Assembly: GCA_016928555.1 (NCBI GenBank)
Contig: JAFGKM010000047.1
Location: 462-64,461 of the forward strand
Reading direction: 5' to 3'
DNA: 64,000 nt
Origin: Candidatus Omnitrophota bacterium
Lineage (GTDB): Bacteria; Ratteibacteria; UBA8468; B48-G9; JAFGKM01
Below the pieces are notes generated by a model, which had not been told where the DNA came from, made no database searches, and saw only the letters and a list, made by a program, of their open reading frames with translations. The position numbers and the translations under genes were made by a program. This document shows positions 1-9,720 of the stretch, piece after piece (position 1 is the first letter of the stretch; each line of letters starts with the position of its first letter).

Positions 1-587
1 CGAAATCTAGCAACCGGATTTCTGGTAATTATATCCATCAACAGTAGGTATTTAACGGTTTTATCCGGTTTACTTTCAGTATGCCATTTCCAAATTGCCA
101 TAGGGAAAGCAGCTGCTCGGACAGGTAAATATGGAATATGGGCACCGAGAATACCCATGAAATTTTCGCTTAATGAAGAGTCTTGGCCAGTAGACACCTG
201 CTTTACATATCCGCAGGATATGGTAATAATGTCATTCCATTTGGCAGTATAAGTTTTGTTGCTTGAGTCAAGAAAAACAGTCAGCGTATCGGGAAGACAA
301 GCAATCTTTGTTATATTTAAAGCTTTAGGTATTTCTATCAGGCAGCTTTCGGGAACAATAAAACTACTGACGCCCATTCCTTTTAGCTTAGTTACCAATT
401 CTTCCGCTTTTTCTTTTGCAGTTCTGCGGCAAACAATTCCTTTTGTCTGTCCAGCCAGAAACAAGGCGTCTGCAAAAAGAATATCAAGAGTCGTTGCCAA
501 GGCATTGGCTAATTCTGGCACCTTTATGACCGGAGCCCACTCTTCCTGGATGACCGCAAATCCCTCCCGTTTTTCTTTGTCTTCCAT
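1..587 (-). CDS. hypothetical protein, 5' partial (N-terminal about 195 aa; gene continues beyond the window start)
   Basis: Uninterrupted minus-strand reading frame from ATG (revcomp of cat 585..587) to position 1: MEDKEKREGFAVIQEEWAPVIKV.... Absent from ORF track because it runs off the edge. The + strand ORF 256..633 is antisense to it. No recognisable domain by eye. Confidence 0.4.
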   Translation of the reverse strand, partial: MEDKEKREGFAVIQEEWAPVIKVPELANALATTLDILFADALFLAGQTKGIVCRRTAKEKAEELVTKLKGMGVSSFIVPESCLIEIPKALNITKIACLPDTLTVFLDSSNKTYTAKWNDIITISCGYVKQVSTGQDSSLSENFMGILGAHIPYLPVRAAAFPMAIWKWHTESKPDKTVKYLLLMDIITRNPVARF

Positions 588-791
588 TTTATTGGATTAT
601 ATCACTTTTACCAGCTATCCAAAATTTTACTGATCGACCGTTTTCATGCAAATTTAAATAGCAATCTAACAAAATAAATATCCAGATTTTTCAGCGAGAA
701 TTCATGCTGCACTCCTTAAAAAGGCAGCTGTAACATGTATCCCAGTCTTAAGTAGCTTATTGAGACAACAAGAGATGGAAAGAATTATTGT

Positions 792-1331
792 CTATTTTGG
801 AATCTGCCAAATCCATTTATAAATCGCCCAAATTGCTAACGCGATATAACCAGAAATGAAAAGCCCTGTAGTAAAGGAAGCAAAAGTTCGTGCCCGTATT
901 CCACCAAGACCTCCCCTAGATGCATCTGCTGAAGCTTTTCCTGATGTATATAGAGCAAGATTGCCGAGTTTGAGACGACTCTCATGCTCTCTCATTTTAG
1001 CGACATACATATTGTGATACTCCCATGCACGCCTTAGGGTTAAATGCCAAAGCAATGAATACAATACTCCGACAAAAGCTAAAGCTATAGTGAATAAGGG
1101 ATGCATTGCACTCCTGAAGTAACTGAGTACTGGAATGCCAGCACTATTCAATGCGATAAAAAGACTGGTTCTTGACCAAATCATCTGGCCCTCAGCAATT
1201 TTAATATTCGACACTACCTGATACGACGCTAATATTGAAGCTTCCTTTGTCTCGATATTGGAAGAATCTAATAATTTTCTGAGGTCAACGCTAATCTTTT
1301 CAAGCAAATCAAGAGTCCTATCATCAATCAT
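792..1331 (-). CDS. small membrane protein: about 50-aa N-terminal helical region plus 3 predicted TM helices; candidate effector partner of upstream ATPase
   Basis: ATG start with RBS AAGGGGGTG upstream. Hydrophobic segments about aa 51-72, 78-98, 150-172. Lies 34 bp downstream of the PHP-ATPase gene on the same strand. No catalytic motifs seen. Confidence 0.5.
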   Translation of the reverse strand: MIDDRTLDLLEKISVDLRKLLDSSNIETKEASILASYQVVSNIKIAEGQMIWSRTSLFIALNSAGIPVLSYFRSAMHPLFTIALAFVGVLYSLLWHLTLRRAWEYHNMYVAKMREHESRLKLGNLALYTSGKASADASRGGLGGIRARTFASFTTGLFISGYIALAIWAIYKWIWQIPK

Positions 1332-1365
1332 AGCACACCCCCTTATAAGTTAGAATTTTCAACTT

Positions 1366-4353
1366 TTATGACTTCCTGATATACTTTGTATCTCGTATTT
1401 CGAAAGCTGGCATTGTTCCTTCTAAAACATCAACAACTCTCTTATTTGTAGCTGGATTTTCAATGCTTCCAGCAGAATACCTGACTTGATTTAATTTTTT
1501 ATCCATCTGGGCATAAATAACCTGTTCGGCATCGCAAACTACTGCTAAATTGGGATTGTGTGTTACGGCGATAATTTGACGTTTCTGCTTAGCTTGTTTC
1601 ATATAGGGCACAAGCAAACTGTAAACAGACTCATTGTCTAGATTTTCCTCTGGCTGGTCAATTATAAGGGGTATATTGTCTCTATCAATCAGCAAATAAA
1701 AGATGAGTAACAAAGCACCTTTCTCGCCAGGAGACAATTCATTACTATTTAAATCTTTATTGTTGAACAGGACTTTGAATTTAACATCCAAATAGCCAAG
1801 CCCGAATAAGAAATCGTATAGTTTTATATTTTCTTCATCGCTTCCTCTGATTTGAGAGCGTAAGTCATTTTCCGTAGCTGGAGTTTTAGTTTTATCAAAA
1901 TTAAGATGCTCTATTAAATCATTGATAAAATTAATAATGGCCGTATCAGTTTTGAAATCGTATTTTGCTATTATACCGTCTAAAATATTTTGCCCATTCA
2001 CTATGTTTTGGAAACTCCCATCTCTATTACGATTGAGAAAGGTGAAAAAATCACTGGCAAAAGATTGCTTATCAAATGTAGTTCCAACGTCAAAACTTAA
2101 CATACTTCCGGATTTCTCCTGGGTCTTTTTTTCTTGCTTGATAAATTTAATTACTGGGCTGTATACTTCCTTATAAAAATCTATCTTTTTTATTAACTCT
2201 TGGTGTAGATTCTTCAATGCTTTAATACGTTCATTCTTTTCGGTTTCCAATTCCTTGGCAAGGTTTGATTTTATGTATTTAATTTCTTTCTCAATAGATT
2301 TGATGGTTTCCAATGAAGCATCGTCTTCTGCCCCTTCAATTTCTTTTTGCCTTGCTTTAAACTGGCAAACTTTTTCAATGTAGTCATCATATACTTTTTG
2401 TTCAGCAGTGAATGCCTTTGTTATTTCTTCTTTTTCGGTCTTGAGTTTTGCTTTCTTATTATAAAAACTAATCTTTGAGCTATTATCATCTTGTTCTAAT
2501 AAATAATCCAATCTCTTTTTTTCTTTTAATAATTCGTCTTCCTTTTGTGTGAGCATTGTATCATTTATCGTGAGCTTAATAAGTTCGGATAAATCGATGG
2601 AAAGCAAATCAGCATCCGTTTTCACCTTCTTCAACACTTCACTATGCTTGTCTTGTAATTGGCTTACTACACTTTTGATGTTGCCAAGTTTTGAAATCTT
2701 ATTATTTACATCTTTGAGGAACGTTTTTGCCTCCGAAATCTTCTTTTCAATATCTTCTAATTCTTTGGTTATTTTATCCAATTTTGCTTGATCTGATTCT
2801 GAAAGAGTGGATTTTGGTTTCTTCACTTCTTTCGGCTCGGTTAAAGCGTTTAGTTCTCGTCTTTTCTCATCTAGTTTATTAGTTAATCCGGCTAAATAGT
2901 CTTTCCTTTTCTTCTTTTCCATCATCACCATTTTCCTATTTATGGCGTTCAGTTCACTATGCAAGCAAGTTATCTTCTCCTCTACAGATTGAGTCTTAAT
3001 TTTGATTAATTCACTAAGTGTCAAAGCTCCAAGCCTACTTTCATCCGGAACATATGCAAAAATGACTTTTTCAATTTCTCGCTGAAATAAAGTGCTTACT
3101 CCAGTTTCATCACAAATTCTTTCAACAAACTTTTGTGGAAGGTATTTAACTTTTTCCACCTCGATGGCAGTATTAACCTCAGTGTTCAAATTAGCTTTTT
3201 CATTTGCTTGCCCATTTAACCATTTTAGGGTCGCTTCGTAATTTTCAGCCAAACCCCGCTTACGAAATTTACTTTTATTCAAAAAGGAATAGTCATTCGG
3301 ATCAATTTTGCTATTACCACAGCGACTAACTATGTCTGTAAAAGCACTCTTACCGCTGCCCTTACGACCAATCACAGCAATTAAACCATTATTTAATGGC
3401 AACTCATTATCAAACCATGAACCATTCTTGCCCTTGATTGAATTGACTTTGATTGAATCGATATATTTTGACCTATTTCCTTCAACCTCTAGAAGTTTAG
3501 GTGGCTTGAGTCCAATAAAAACTCTATCATGCGGTTCATTCTGCAATTGTTTAAGCCCCTCAAAAGTAGGATCAGCTTTTATCCAACAATACTTTTCGGC
3601 AGGATTGGATTTTTTATCTTTCAACTTCCCTACAGGATAGGTAGCTTCGTGAGAGTCACTACCTTTCATGCATGGTAATGGTTTCTCGAACCAATTCTTA
3701 TAGTCTTCTTCGTTGAATTTATTGTCTCTCCACAGAAAAAACTCGATTTGCTTTTCTGTAGAACTTCCAATGATGTCAGATTTCTTGATTAAACCCAATT
3801 TAAAAAAATTATCATTGGGATCTATATCGTCGATCCCACCATACTCGTCATAAGGCAACCAGATTAAAACCTCATTGCGGAGACCAAAAGTTTTCAAACT
3901 TTCTACAATCCCAAAAAAATCAACTGTGATTTTTTCTATATCTGGTTTGGGAATATTCCCGAGCTGGTCGTTATTACCTTGCGCATTATAGCAACTCAAG
4001 GAAGATAGCCAGATCTTTGCTCTTTTAAAAAAATCAGGATTGTTATTAAAAATCAGATGAAAGTTAATTTTTGCACCTTTCTGAATCGGTGTTCCTTTAC
4101 GGTTTGCCACAATATTATGCATACGAAGTTCTATAACGGGGAATAGAAACCTGTTTTTAATTCCACCCCTCTTTAAAATCTCTTCGTATCCTTCAAATGT
4201 ACAGTAGTCGTTAATACCCAAAACTTTCGCATCAGAAGCAGTCAATGTTTTTATAAGCTCGTCATAAGTTCCGATATAGCCAAATGAAGCTGGAGAATGA
4301 ATATGCAAATCCCACTTTTGCCACTCAGAACCTCGCGAAGACAAATTATTCAT
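1366..4353 (-). CDS. PHP-domain phosphoesterase fused to SMC/Rad50-like ABC ATPase with long coiled coil (995 aa); candidate anti-phage protein
   Basis: N-terminus WDLHIHSPAS...LGINDY (PHP family HxH motif). Walker A VIGRKGSGKSAFT at about aa 330. About 300 aa of K/E-rich heptad coiled coil. C-terminal ABC signature LSPGEKGALLL, Walker B LIIDQPEENLD, H-loop AVTHNP. Real ATG start. Confidence 0.7.
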   Translation of the reverse strand: MNNLSSRGSEWQKWDLHIHSPASFGYIGTYDELIKTLTASDAKVLGINDYCTFEGYEEILKRGGIKNRFLFPVIELRMHNIVANRKGTPIQKGAKINFHLIFNNNPDFFKRAKIWLSSLSCYNAQGNNDQLGNIPKPDIEKITVDFFGIVESLKTFGLRNEVLIWLPYDEYGGIDDIDPNDNFFKLGLIKKSDIIGSSTEKQIEFFLWRDNKFNEEDYKNWFEKPLPCMKGSDSHEATYPVGKLKDKKSNPAEKYCWIKADPTFEGLKQLQNEPHDRVFIGLKPPKLLEVEGNRSKYIDSIKVNSIKGKNGSWFDNELPLNNGLIAVIGRKGSGKSAFTDIVSRCGNSKIDPNDYSFLNKSKFRKRGLAENYEATLKWLNGQANEKANLNTEVNTAIEVEKVKYLPQKFVERICDETGVSTLFQREIEKVIFAYVPDESRLGALTLSELIKIKTQSVEEKITCLHSELNAINRKMVMMEKKKRKDYLAGLTNKLDEKRRELNALTEPKEVKKPKSTLSESDQAKLDKITKELEDIEKKISEAKTFLKDVNNKISKLGNIKSVVSQLQDKHSEVLKKVKTDADLLSIDLSELIKLTINDTMLTQKEDELLKEKKRLDYLLEQDDNSSKISFYNKKAKLKTEKEEITKAFTAEQKVYDDYIEKVCQFKARQKEIEGAEDDASLETIKSIEKEIKYIKSNLAKELETEKNERIKALKNLHQELIKKIDFYKEVYSPVIKFIKQEKKTQEKSGSMLSFDVGTTFDKQSFASDFFTFLNRNRDGSFQNIVNGQNILDGIIAKYDFKTDTAIINFINDLIEHLNFDKTKTPATENDLRSQIRGSDEENIKLYDFLFGLGYLDVKFKVLFNNKDLNSNELSPGEKGALLLIFYLLIDRDNIPLIIDQPEENLDNESVYSLLVPYMKQAKQKRQIIAVTHNPNLAVVCDAEQVIYAQMDKKLNQVRYSAGSIENPATNKRVVDVLEGTMPAFEIRDTKYIRKS

Positions 4354-4400
4354 AGCTATATTTTATCAAAATATCGTCATTTCAGCGATTTTTCTTGCGT

Positions 4401-6752
4401 TTAAAATTTTAAATCTTCCCAATCACTCCAATCGTTTCTCTCGCACTTAGCCCAGTTATATTTCTCTTTCTGGTTTATTTTCCATCTGCCGTTCTTTTCC
4501 AACACGATGCCGCCGAAAAAGTTCTTGCCTTGGTTGTTTTGCTCTTTAATATATTCTTGTAACTTTTCATTTTTCGCTTTCGTATATGTTTTGCCGTCAC
4601 GGTCCCCTGCTTCCTTCACCTCAAACACTCCTATCCGGCCGTCCGTTAATTGAACGAGATAATCGGGATAGAATGTATGTATAACTCCCTCCGGATATTC
4701 GTATTTAATTCCGAAATAATCTTTCTTGTTTTCGCCGTTTTTCCACCACCAGACAATTTTTCCGAAGTTTTCATTCAGAAATTTCTCAAACTGCTTTTCA
4801 GGAGTATACCTATCCACATTCAAATAGCATGGGTCATATACGTATTTCTTGCTATCAATTTTTTCATCAGCGTGTTTGTTATAAAAACTCTTCGGTGCAA
4901 TTTCGAATTCATACCATTGTTCGCTCTCTTCTATTTTTTTCTTGATTTCCTGTCCACGGATTGTTTTGTATTTTTCAATGGCATCCGCCAGAACCCTCTC
5001 AAACTGTCTTCTGTTTCCGTTATGTAAAAAAATCATCTGTACGAGAATAGCCTCTTCCGGCCAATCCTTTGCACCGAGATATTTCCTGAACCAGGAATAA
5101 ATTGCGGTCTTTACTTTCGGCACCGATCTTTTGATATTTTTGAACGAACCGAGATTGTTTTTGATGACCTGTTCAAATAGGGCCTGCAGGTCATTTCCCG
5201 CAATGGTCAGACGAGCAAAAGCATCGGCATCAATCTTACCCTCAATTTCATCAAAAACCTTTGCGTCAATCTTCGCATCAGTAATAATATCCTGTTGATA
5301 TTCCTTGATGTCAAGAATCATACCCGTCTGTTCCAGTTTCTCGATATTTTGACTGGGGAAAATATGATCGCCTTTCAGGCCGAAGTACTTACAGGATACT
5401 TCTTCGAATACCGGCGTAAAACTTGACGTAATATCGCCATAATCGGCACGTGACTTATAATAGGAAATAATGTTTGTCGGTTTGTATGCCGCAACGCGCT
5501 TGGCCGGTAGATGCTTAATTATGTTCGGATTGTATTCTTCTTTTTTAACAATAATGCTTTGAACATTCGTGTAAATATAGCCGATATTAAGGGGTTCGCT
5601 GGCATAATGCTTCTGTTCCGGCATTCTCAAAATACGCCCGACCGTCTGAATTTCAAAAGTTTCACTGTGAGACTCCCGGAATTTTACCAAAATATGGGCA
5701 CGCGGGCAGTCCCATCCGGTATCAATAGCCTGTTTGAAGATAAGAAATTCAATTTCATTATCCAAATCCTTGACCCATTCTTTCTTGGGACCCAAAGCGG
5801 CTGATTTTTCATCTGCTGTCCAAATTGCAAGTTTACGATTTTTCTCCGTTATGCCTTTGCGCGTCAAGAATTCTTTAACTGCTTTTATTTTATCCTCTCC
5901 CGCTTCCGCGGTCGGTATCTGAACAAGGGTAAGAGGATTTACAATAGATTTCTCGGCCTCAAAAAGTTTTTTCAGTTCTTTGCGCTTCTGATATGCCGCT
6001 TCCATGACTATTTCTTGGGAGTCAGTTTCGTTATTGCCGATTTCGTCTATTTTTTCGTTAATAATTAATTCTTTTTTAATCATCCCACTATTTATAACTT
6101 CTGCTGGTTCAATAAAAATAAATCCTGCCATACCTCGAGCCATATCACGCGGGTCAGGTTGAATCTTTGGCGTCGCACTCATCTCTAAAATAACGTCTGC
6201 ATTTATTTCCTCGCGCAGTTCGTTTGTACGTTCAGCTGTTGCTCCAATATGACTTTCGTCTATGATTAAAATGATTTTCCGTTGTTCTTTTGTTTTTACC
6301 AGAACATCGCGAAAATTCTTTCCATCACCGTCTTTCATCAAAACATTTTTCCAATCTCCGGTCCGACGATCCTTGCTTCGCAATTTTTCCCAATTTGCTA
6401 CCGCTATCTCGTTTTTTACAATCCGTTCGCGTCCGCCGGTAAATTCTTCTTCAACAAGCGATACTCTTGGCGCTCCTCCGAAAATTTCCTCCAGACAACG
6501 TTTACTCTGTAAATGTAAATCACCCTTACCTATACTTACCCATATGAAGCATAAATTTTCATAAACCAATTCTTTTATAATCTCTTCAATAAATTTTGCG
6601 GTCATTATAGTTTTTCCGCTACCGGTAGGGGCCTGAAAAACACATACTTTTTTCTGCCCTTCTTTTTCAAGCAGACCTTTTACAGTACTGACAAGTTCTT
6701 CAACGGCTTTTTCCTGATAGGGTTTCAGTTCAATATTCATAAATTTGCTCAT
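4401..6752 (-). CDS. res: Type III restriction enzyme Res subunit (SF2 helicase plus C-terminal PD-(D/E)xK nuclease)
   Basis: Motif I QAPTGSGKT, motif II LIIDESH (DEAH). C-terminal FYPDYLVQL...GVFEVKEAGD nuclease-like motif. Start overlaps mod stop by 23 nt (operon). Confidence 0.8.
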   Translation of the reverse strand: MSKFMNIELKPYQEKAVEELVSTVKGLLEKEGQKKVCVFQAPTGSGKTIMTAKFIEEIIKELVYENLCFIWVSIGKGDLHLQSKRCLEEIFGGAPRVSLVEEEFTGGRERIVKNEIAVANWEKLRSKDRRTGDWKNVLMKDGDGKNFRDVLVKTKEQRKIILIIDESHIGATAERTNELREEINADVILEMSATPKIQPDPRDMARGMAGFIFIEPAEVINSGMIKKELIINEKIDEIGNNETDSQEIVMEAAYQKRKELKKLFEAEKSIVNPLTLVQIPTAEAGEDKIKAVKEFLTRKGITEKNRKLAIWTADEKSAALGPKKEWVKDLDNEIEFLIFKQAIDTGWDCPRAHILVKFRESHSETFEIQTVGRILRMPEQKHYASEPLNIGYIYTNVQSIIVKKEEYNPNIIKHLPAKRVAAYKPTNIISYYKSRADYGDITSSFTPVFEEVSCKYFGLKGDHIFPSQNIEKLEQTGMILDIKEYQQDIITDAKIDAKVFDEIEGKIDADAFARLTIAGNDLQALFEQVIKNNLGSFKNIKRSVPKVKTAIYSWFRKYLGAKDWPEEAILVQMIFLHNGNRRQFERVLADAIEKYKTIRGQEIKKKIEESEQWYEFEIAPKSFYNKHADEKIDSKKYVYDPCYLNVDRYTPEKQFEKFLNENFGKIVWWWKNGENKKDYFGIKYEYPEGVIHTFYPDYLVQLTDGRIGVFEVKEAGDRDGKTYTKAKNEKLQEYIKEQNNQGKNFFGGIVLEKNGRWKINQKEKYNWAKCERNDWSDWEDLKF

Positions 6753-8430
6753 AAATGTCTAAAATTTTCTGAGGAATGGGTTCCAGTTTCACATTCTTCC
6801 AGTTGGCAAAATCCTCCTTATCCAACCCGAGGGGATCCAGAGTAAAACAGTAAAGCGTTTTCTCTCCAACCATGTTGTCTAAATTCCTTTTAAGTTCTGA
6901 AAGTCCTTCATGTTCTAAAGCATAGTATATTGCCATTATGTGTCCGTTCTGCTCAAAAATCCGGTAATCCTGCTCTTTTCTCTTTTCCTCAAAAATTCCC
7001 TCGCGTAAACAGAGCATTTCCGTACATTCCCTGGTAATTCTTATTTTTAAATCATCTCTGCTGATGGATTTTTTAACAAAAGATGTCTTGAAATATTTCA
7101 GATTTCCTCCAAGCCCTTCAATTCCTTCTCCTTTTGGTATTTTATAGCCCTTTATTGCTTTCTGTATGCGCGGATAACATGCATCAATGCAAATATTCTC
7201 TTCGTTGTTGGTACAAAGAATAAACTGGCGATTGCTACCGTCCTTTTGTTTGTTTAGTTTTAAAATAGCATGACCGGTTGTTCCTGATCCCGCGAAAAAA
7301 TCAAGGCATATAATAGACTTACTGCGTATCATTTCTATTATCATTTGTATTAAAGCTGTTGGCTTCGGGTTAGAAAAATTGATTCCCATTTCCTTCAACT
7401 CTTTAGTTCCACTACTGTTAATTACTTCGGTTATTAAGTTCTTAAACGGAGCTCCGCGTTCAATAGCATTCCCCTCGTTGTCAGCAAACATATAGTTTTT
7501 ATAGCAAACAGACCAGCCACTTGCCTTTGTTTTTGATTTTCTAAATTCTAAATAGCCATTTTCTTCTGCCCATTTAATTTTCTCTTTCCCCCACTTCCAT
7601 GTCCACCCATCATTTTTAAATTTTGTTCGACCATTCGGAAAGGTCATTTTTCCATTTGGAGTCTTGATTGCATAATTTAACGAATCACTATAACGAAGAC
7701 CACCACGATCAAGGTTGTCAATATAATAGGCACCCCGCTCCTTAAAAAACTCATCTTTGTATTTGTATCTTTCTATATTATATGAATCATAATTTTGCGA
7801 AAAAATATCTCTCCACCTTTCTACTAAATTATTTTTACAATAAACTAAAATATATTCAGTAATGGTCGCGATTCCTTTTGCGTCTGATGCTCCAGTTTTC
7901 CTTCGCCATATAATTGGACTTACAAAGTTTTGCTCTCCAAATATTTCATCGCAAAGCAGTTTTAACTGTGCAATTTCATTATCATCTATTGAGATAAATA
8001 TAACGCCGTCATCTTTCAATAAATTTTTTGCCAATCGCAAACGCTTACTCATAAACGAAAGCCATTTGCTATGGCGATATGCGTCTTCTTTATCCACATA
8101 ATCGTCGTTGTATTTAAAATCTTTATTTCCCGTGTTATACGGCGGATCAATGTAAATAACATCAATTTTGCGTTGGTGGGTGTAATTCAAGACAGATAGA
8201 GCGTGATAGTTGTCGCCTTCAATCAAAATGTTCGTCGGCTTTTTGATGTCGGTTTTGATTTCCTTGCCTTTGACTTCTCTCAAAACTGGCAAGGCGTTTT
8301 CTGATTCTTTTTCAAATTGCTCTTTAGTTTTTTCTTCATCCCAGACAATACCGTATTTCTTACGGGATTCCAATTTCTCAATAATTTTGAGAAGGTCGTT
8401 TTTTTCTATCTTTGAATAATCTTTAGCCAT
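6730..8430 (-). CDS. mod: Type III R-M Mod subunit, N6-adenine DNA methyltransferase
   Basis: Motif IV IYIDPPYNTG, SAM-binding FFAGSGTTGHA. Immediately upstream of and overlapping res. Confidence 0.8.
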   Translation of the reverse strand: MAKDYSKIEKNDLLKIIEKLESRKKYGIVWDEEKTKEQFEKESENALPVLREVKGKEIKTDIKKPTNILIEGDNYHALSVLNYTHQRKIDVIYIDPPYNTGNKDFKYNDDYVDKEDAYRHSKWLSFMSKRLRLAKNLLKDDGVIFISIDDNEIAQLKLLCDEIFGEQNFVSPIIWRRKTGASDAKGIATITEYILVYCKNNLVERWRDIFSQNYDSYNIERYKYKDEFFKERGAYYIDNLDRGGLRYSDSLNYAIKTPNGKMTFPNGRTKFKNDGWTWKWGKEKIKWAEENGYLEFRKSKTKASGWSVCYKNYMFADNEGNAIERGAPFKNLITEVINSSGTKELKEMGINFSNPKPTALIQMIIEMIRSKSIICLDFFAGSGTTGHAILKLNKQKDGSNRQFILCTNNEENICIDACYPRIQKAIKGYKIPKGEGIEGLGGNLKYFKTSFVKKSISRDDLKIRITRECTEMLCLREGIFEEKRKEQDYRIFEQNGHIMAIYYALEHEGLSELKRNLDNMVGEKTLYCFTLDPLGLDKEDFANWKNVKLEPIPQKILDIYEQIYEY

Positions 8431-8711
8431 TAGTTAATTAACTTGCAAGGTAATATTTATTATCCTTCTTCACAAAGCAAATTTGTTTTTCTGATTTTTC
8501 ATTATAGCACTTTACGAAACGAACCCCAAAACAGAAACAATCATTTTTTTTCGAATAAAAAGAGCCAATGCAAGAGATTGCCATTGGCTCGTAAAACGAT
8601 TCACTCGGAAACGATTTCTTCTTTCGGTTCTTTCAGTCTCTTCATGTACTCCTCAATCGCTCAGTTGAATATAATACTATAGTAAAGACCCTATATAGGA
8701 ATGGAAAAAAC

Positions 8712-9476
8712 TTATGTAATATTGATAATACCTTTGCATTGAGGGTATTTTGAGCATCCCCAGAATTTTTTGCCTGAATTCTGCCCTTTTTTAACTTCCC
8801 GCAAGACCATAGGACTTCCGCATCTCGGGCATAAATTGGCCGCCTTTTTCTCTTCGGCAATCTGACGGACGTGCTTTACATGTTCCCGCTCAGTCTTTAA
8901 GGATGGAGTTAATCTTCCCTCTTCAATCTTAGCTGTAATTTCAGAAACTTCAGATTCGGTAAATACCTGTTCGGTCTTGGACTTTATAAAACGGGCTAAC
9001 TCACCTCCGCCGCTGGTAACGTTTTCCGGCATATCTGTTTTAAATTCGCTTTCTCCGGCAAACGCAACCACTGAATATATCTGTTTATCATTTAGTCCGA
9101 GCAATGCCTGAAGGGTTTTAACGTGCTTGTAGTTCTGGTGCAGGGGATTCTGGAATTCGCCTGTATGGCTGTAAATTTTCTGGGTCCATGTTTTCTGGTC
9201 CGCGGAACCAAAAATCCAGCCTTTCATGTTTTTCGTTTCAACCACAAAGATTCCATATACCGAAAGAATTATATGGTCGATTTGAGTTGTCCCATTTTCG
9301 GTGGGCAGAGTGACATTGTTTATAATGCGGTACTTGTCTTTATCCAGCAGCATCTTGAAGGAGAGCCTTACTGTTCCTTCTCCAAATCGCCCTTTAAACC
9401 ATGGGGATTTAAGGAAAACTCCTAATGCAATGAAGGCACCCAAAATTAAATAAAGTTTTAAAATGGCACCGGTCAT
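8712..9476 (-). CDS. NERD domain protein with N-terminal TM helix and C-terminal topoisomerase-type C4 zinc ribbon
   Basis: N-terminal hydrophobic helix. NERD-like core GEGTV...DHIILSVYGIFVVETKNMKG. C-terminus CPRCGSPMVLREV...WGCSKYPQCKG (zf-C4 topoisomerase type). Confidence 0.65.
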   Translation of the reverse strand: MTGAILKLYLILGAFIALGVFLKSPWFKGRFGEGTVRLSFKMLLDKDKYRIINNVTLPTENGTTQIDHIILSVYGIFVVETKNMKGWIFGSADQKTWTQKIYSHTGEFQNPLHQNYKHVKTLQALLGLNDKQIYSVVAFAGESEFKTDMPENVTSGGGELARFIKSKTEQVFTESEVSEITAKIEEGRLTPSLKTEREHVKHVRQIAEEKKAANLCPRCGSPMVLREVKKGQNSGKKFWGCSKYPQCKGIINIT

Positions 9477-9671
9477 AATAGCTCCTCCTGTATAGGCTGC
9501 AGAATATATAATTGAAATATCTTAACTTATAAGCATACAAAGTCAAAATCAGTATTCTACTACCAACAGGAGTTGATGATCTCGGTGGAATCCGTACAGC
9601 AGTATATCTTAATGTTGTTAACATTTTTATAGTAAACGTTTTAAGTGAAATTATAAATTTTGCATGAAAAC

Positions 9672-9700
9672 TTGACAAATTGAAAAAGTGGTTGTATAAT
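9672..9700 (+). promoter_or_regulatory. consensus sigma70 promoter (TTGACA, 17 nt spacer, TATAAT) driving the xis-like/int operon
   Basis: TTGACA at 9672..9677 and TATAAT at 9695..9700 with exact 17-nt spacer. RBS GGGAGGTGA and ATG at 9721 follow. Confidence 0.55.
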
Positions 9701-9720
9701 GTTTGCGGGAGGTGAGAATC

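Noticed and set aside
256-633. 125-aa + strand ORF at the window start
   Set aside because: It lies antisense to a long uninterrupted minus-strand frame with a proper ATG at 587 that continues off the window. Its own sequence is low-complexity with no motifs.
1-9700. Search for a direct repeat of the tRNA-Thr 3' end (att site) marking the far island boundary
   Set aside because: Intergenic regions inside the window (633..790, 8431..8711, 9477..9700) do not contain the TGGAGCCCATGGTCGGACTTGAACC segment. The boundary presumably lies beyond position 1.
9703-9720. N-terminal extensions produced by TTG/GTG starts in the ORF track (for example 9703, 10637, 13481, 28350, 30990, 31797, 37401, 46121, 60079, 22842)
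   Set aside because: In each case the first in-frame ATG has a better RBS and avoids overlap with neighbouring genes or promoters. Extensions were trimmed.
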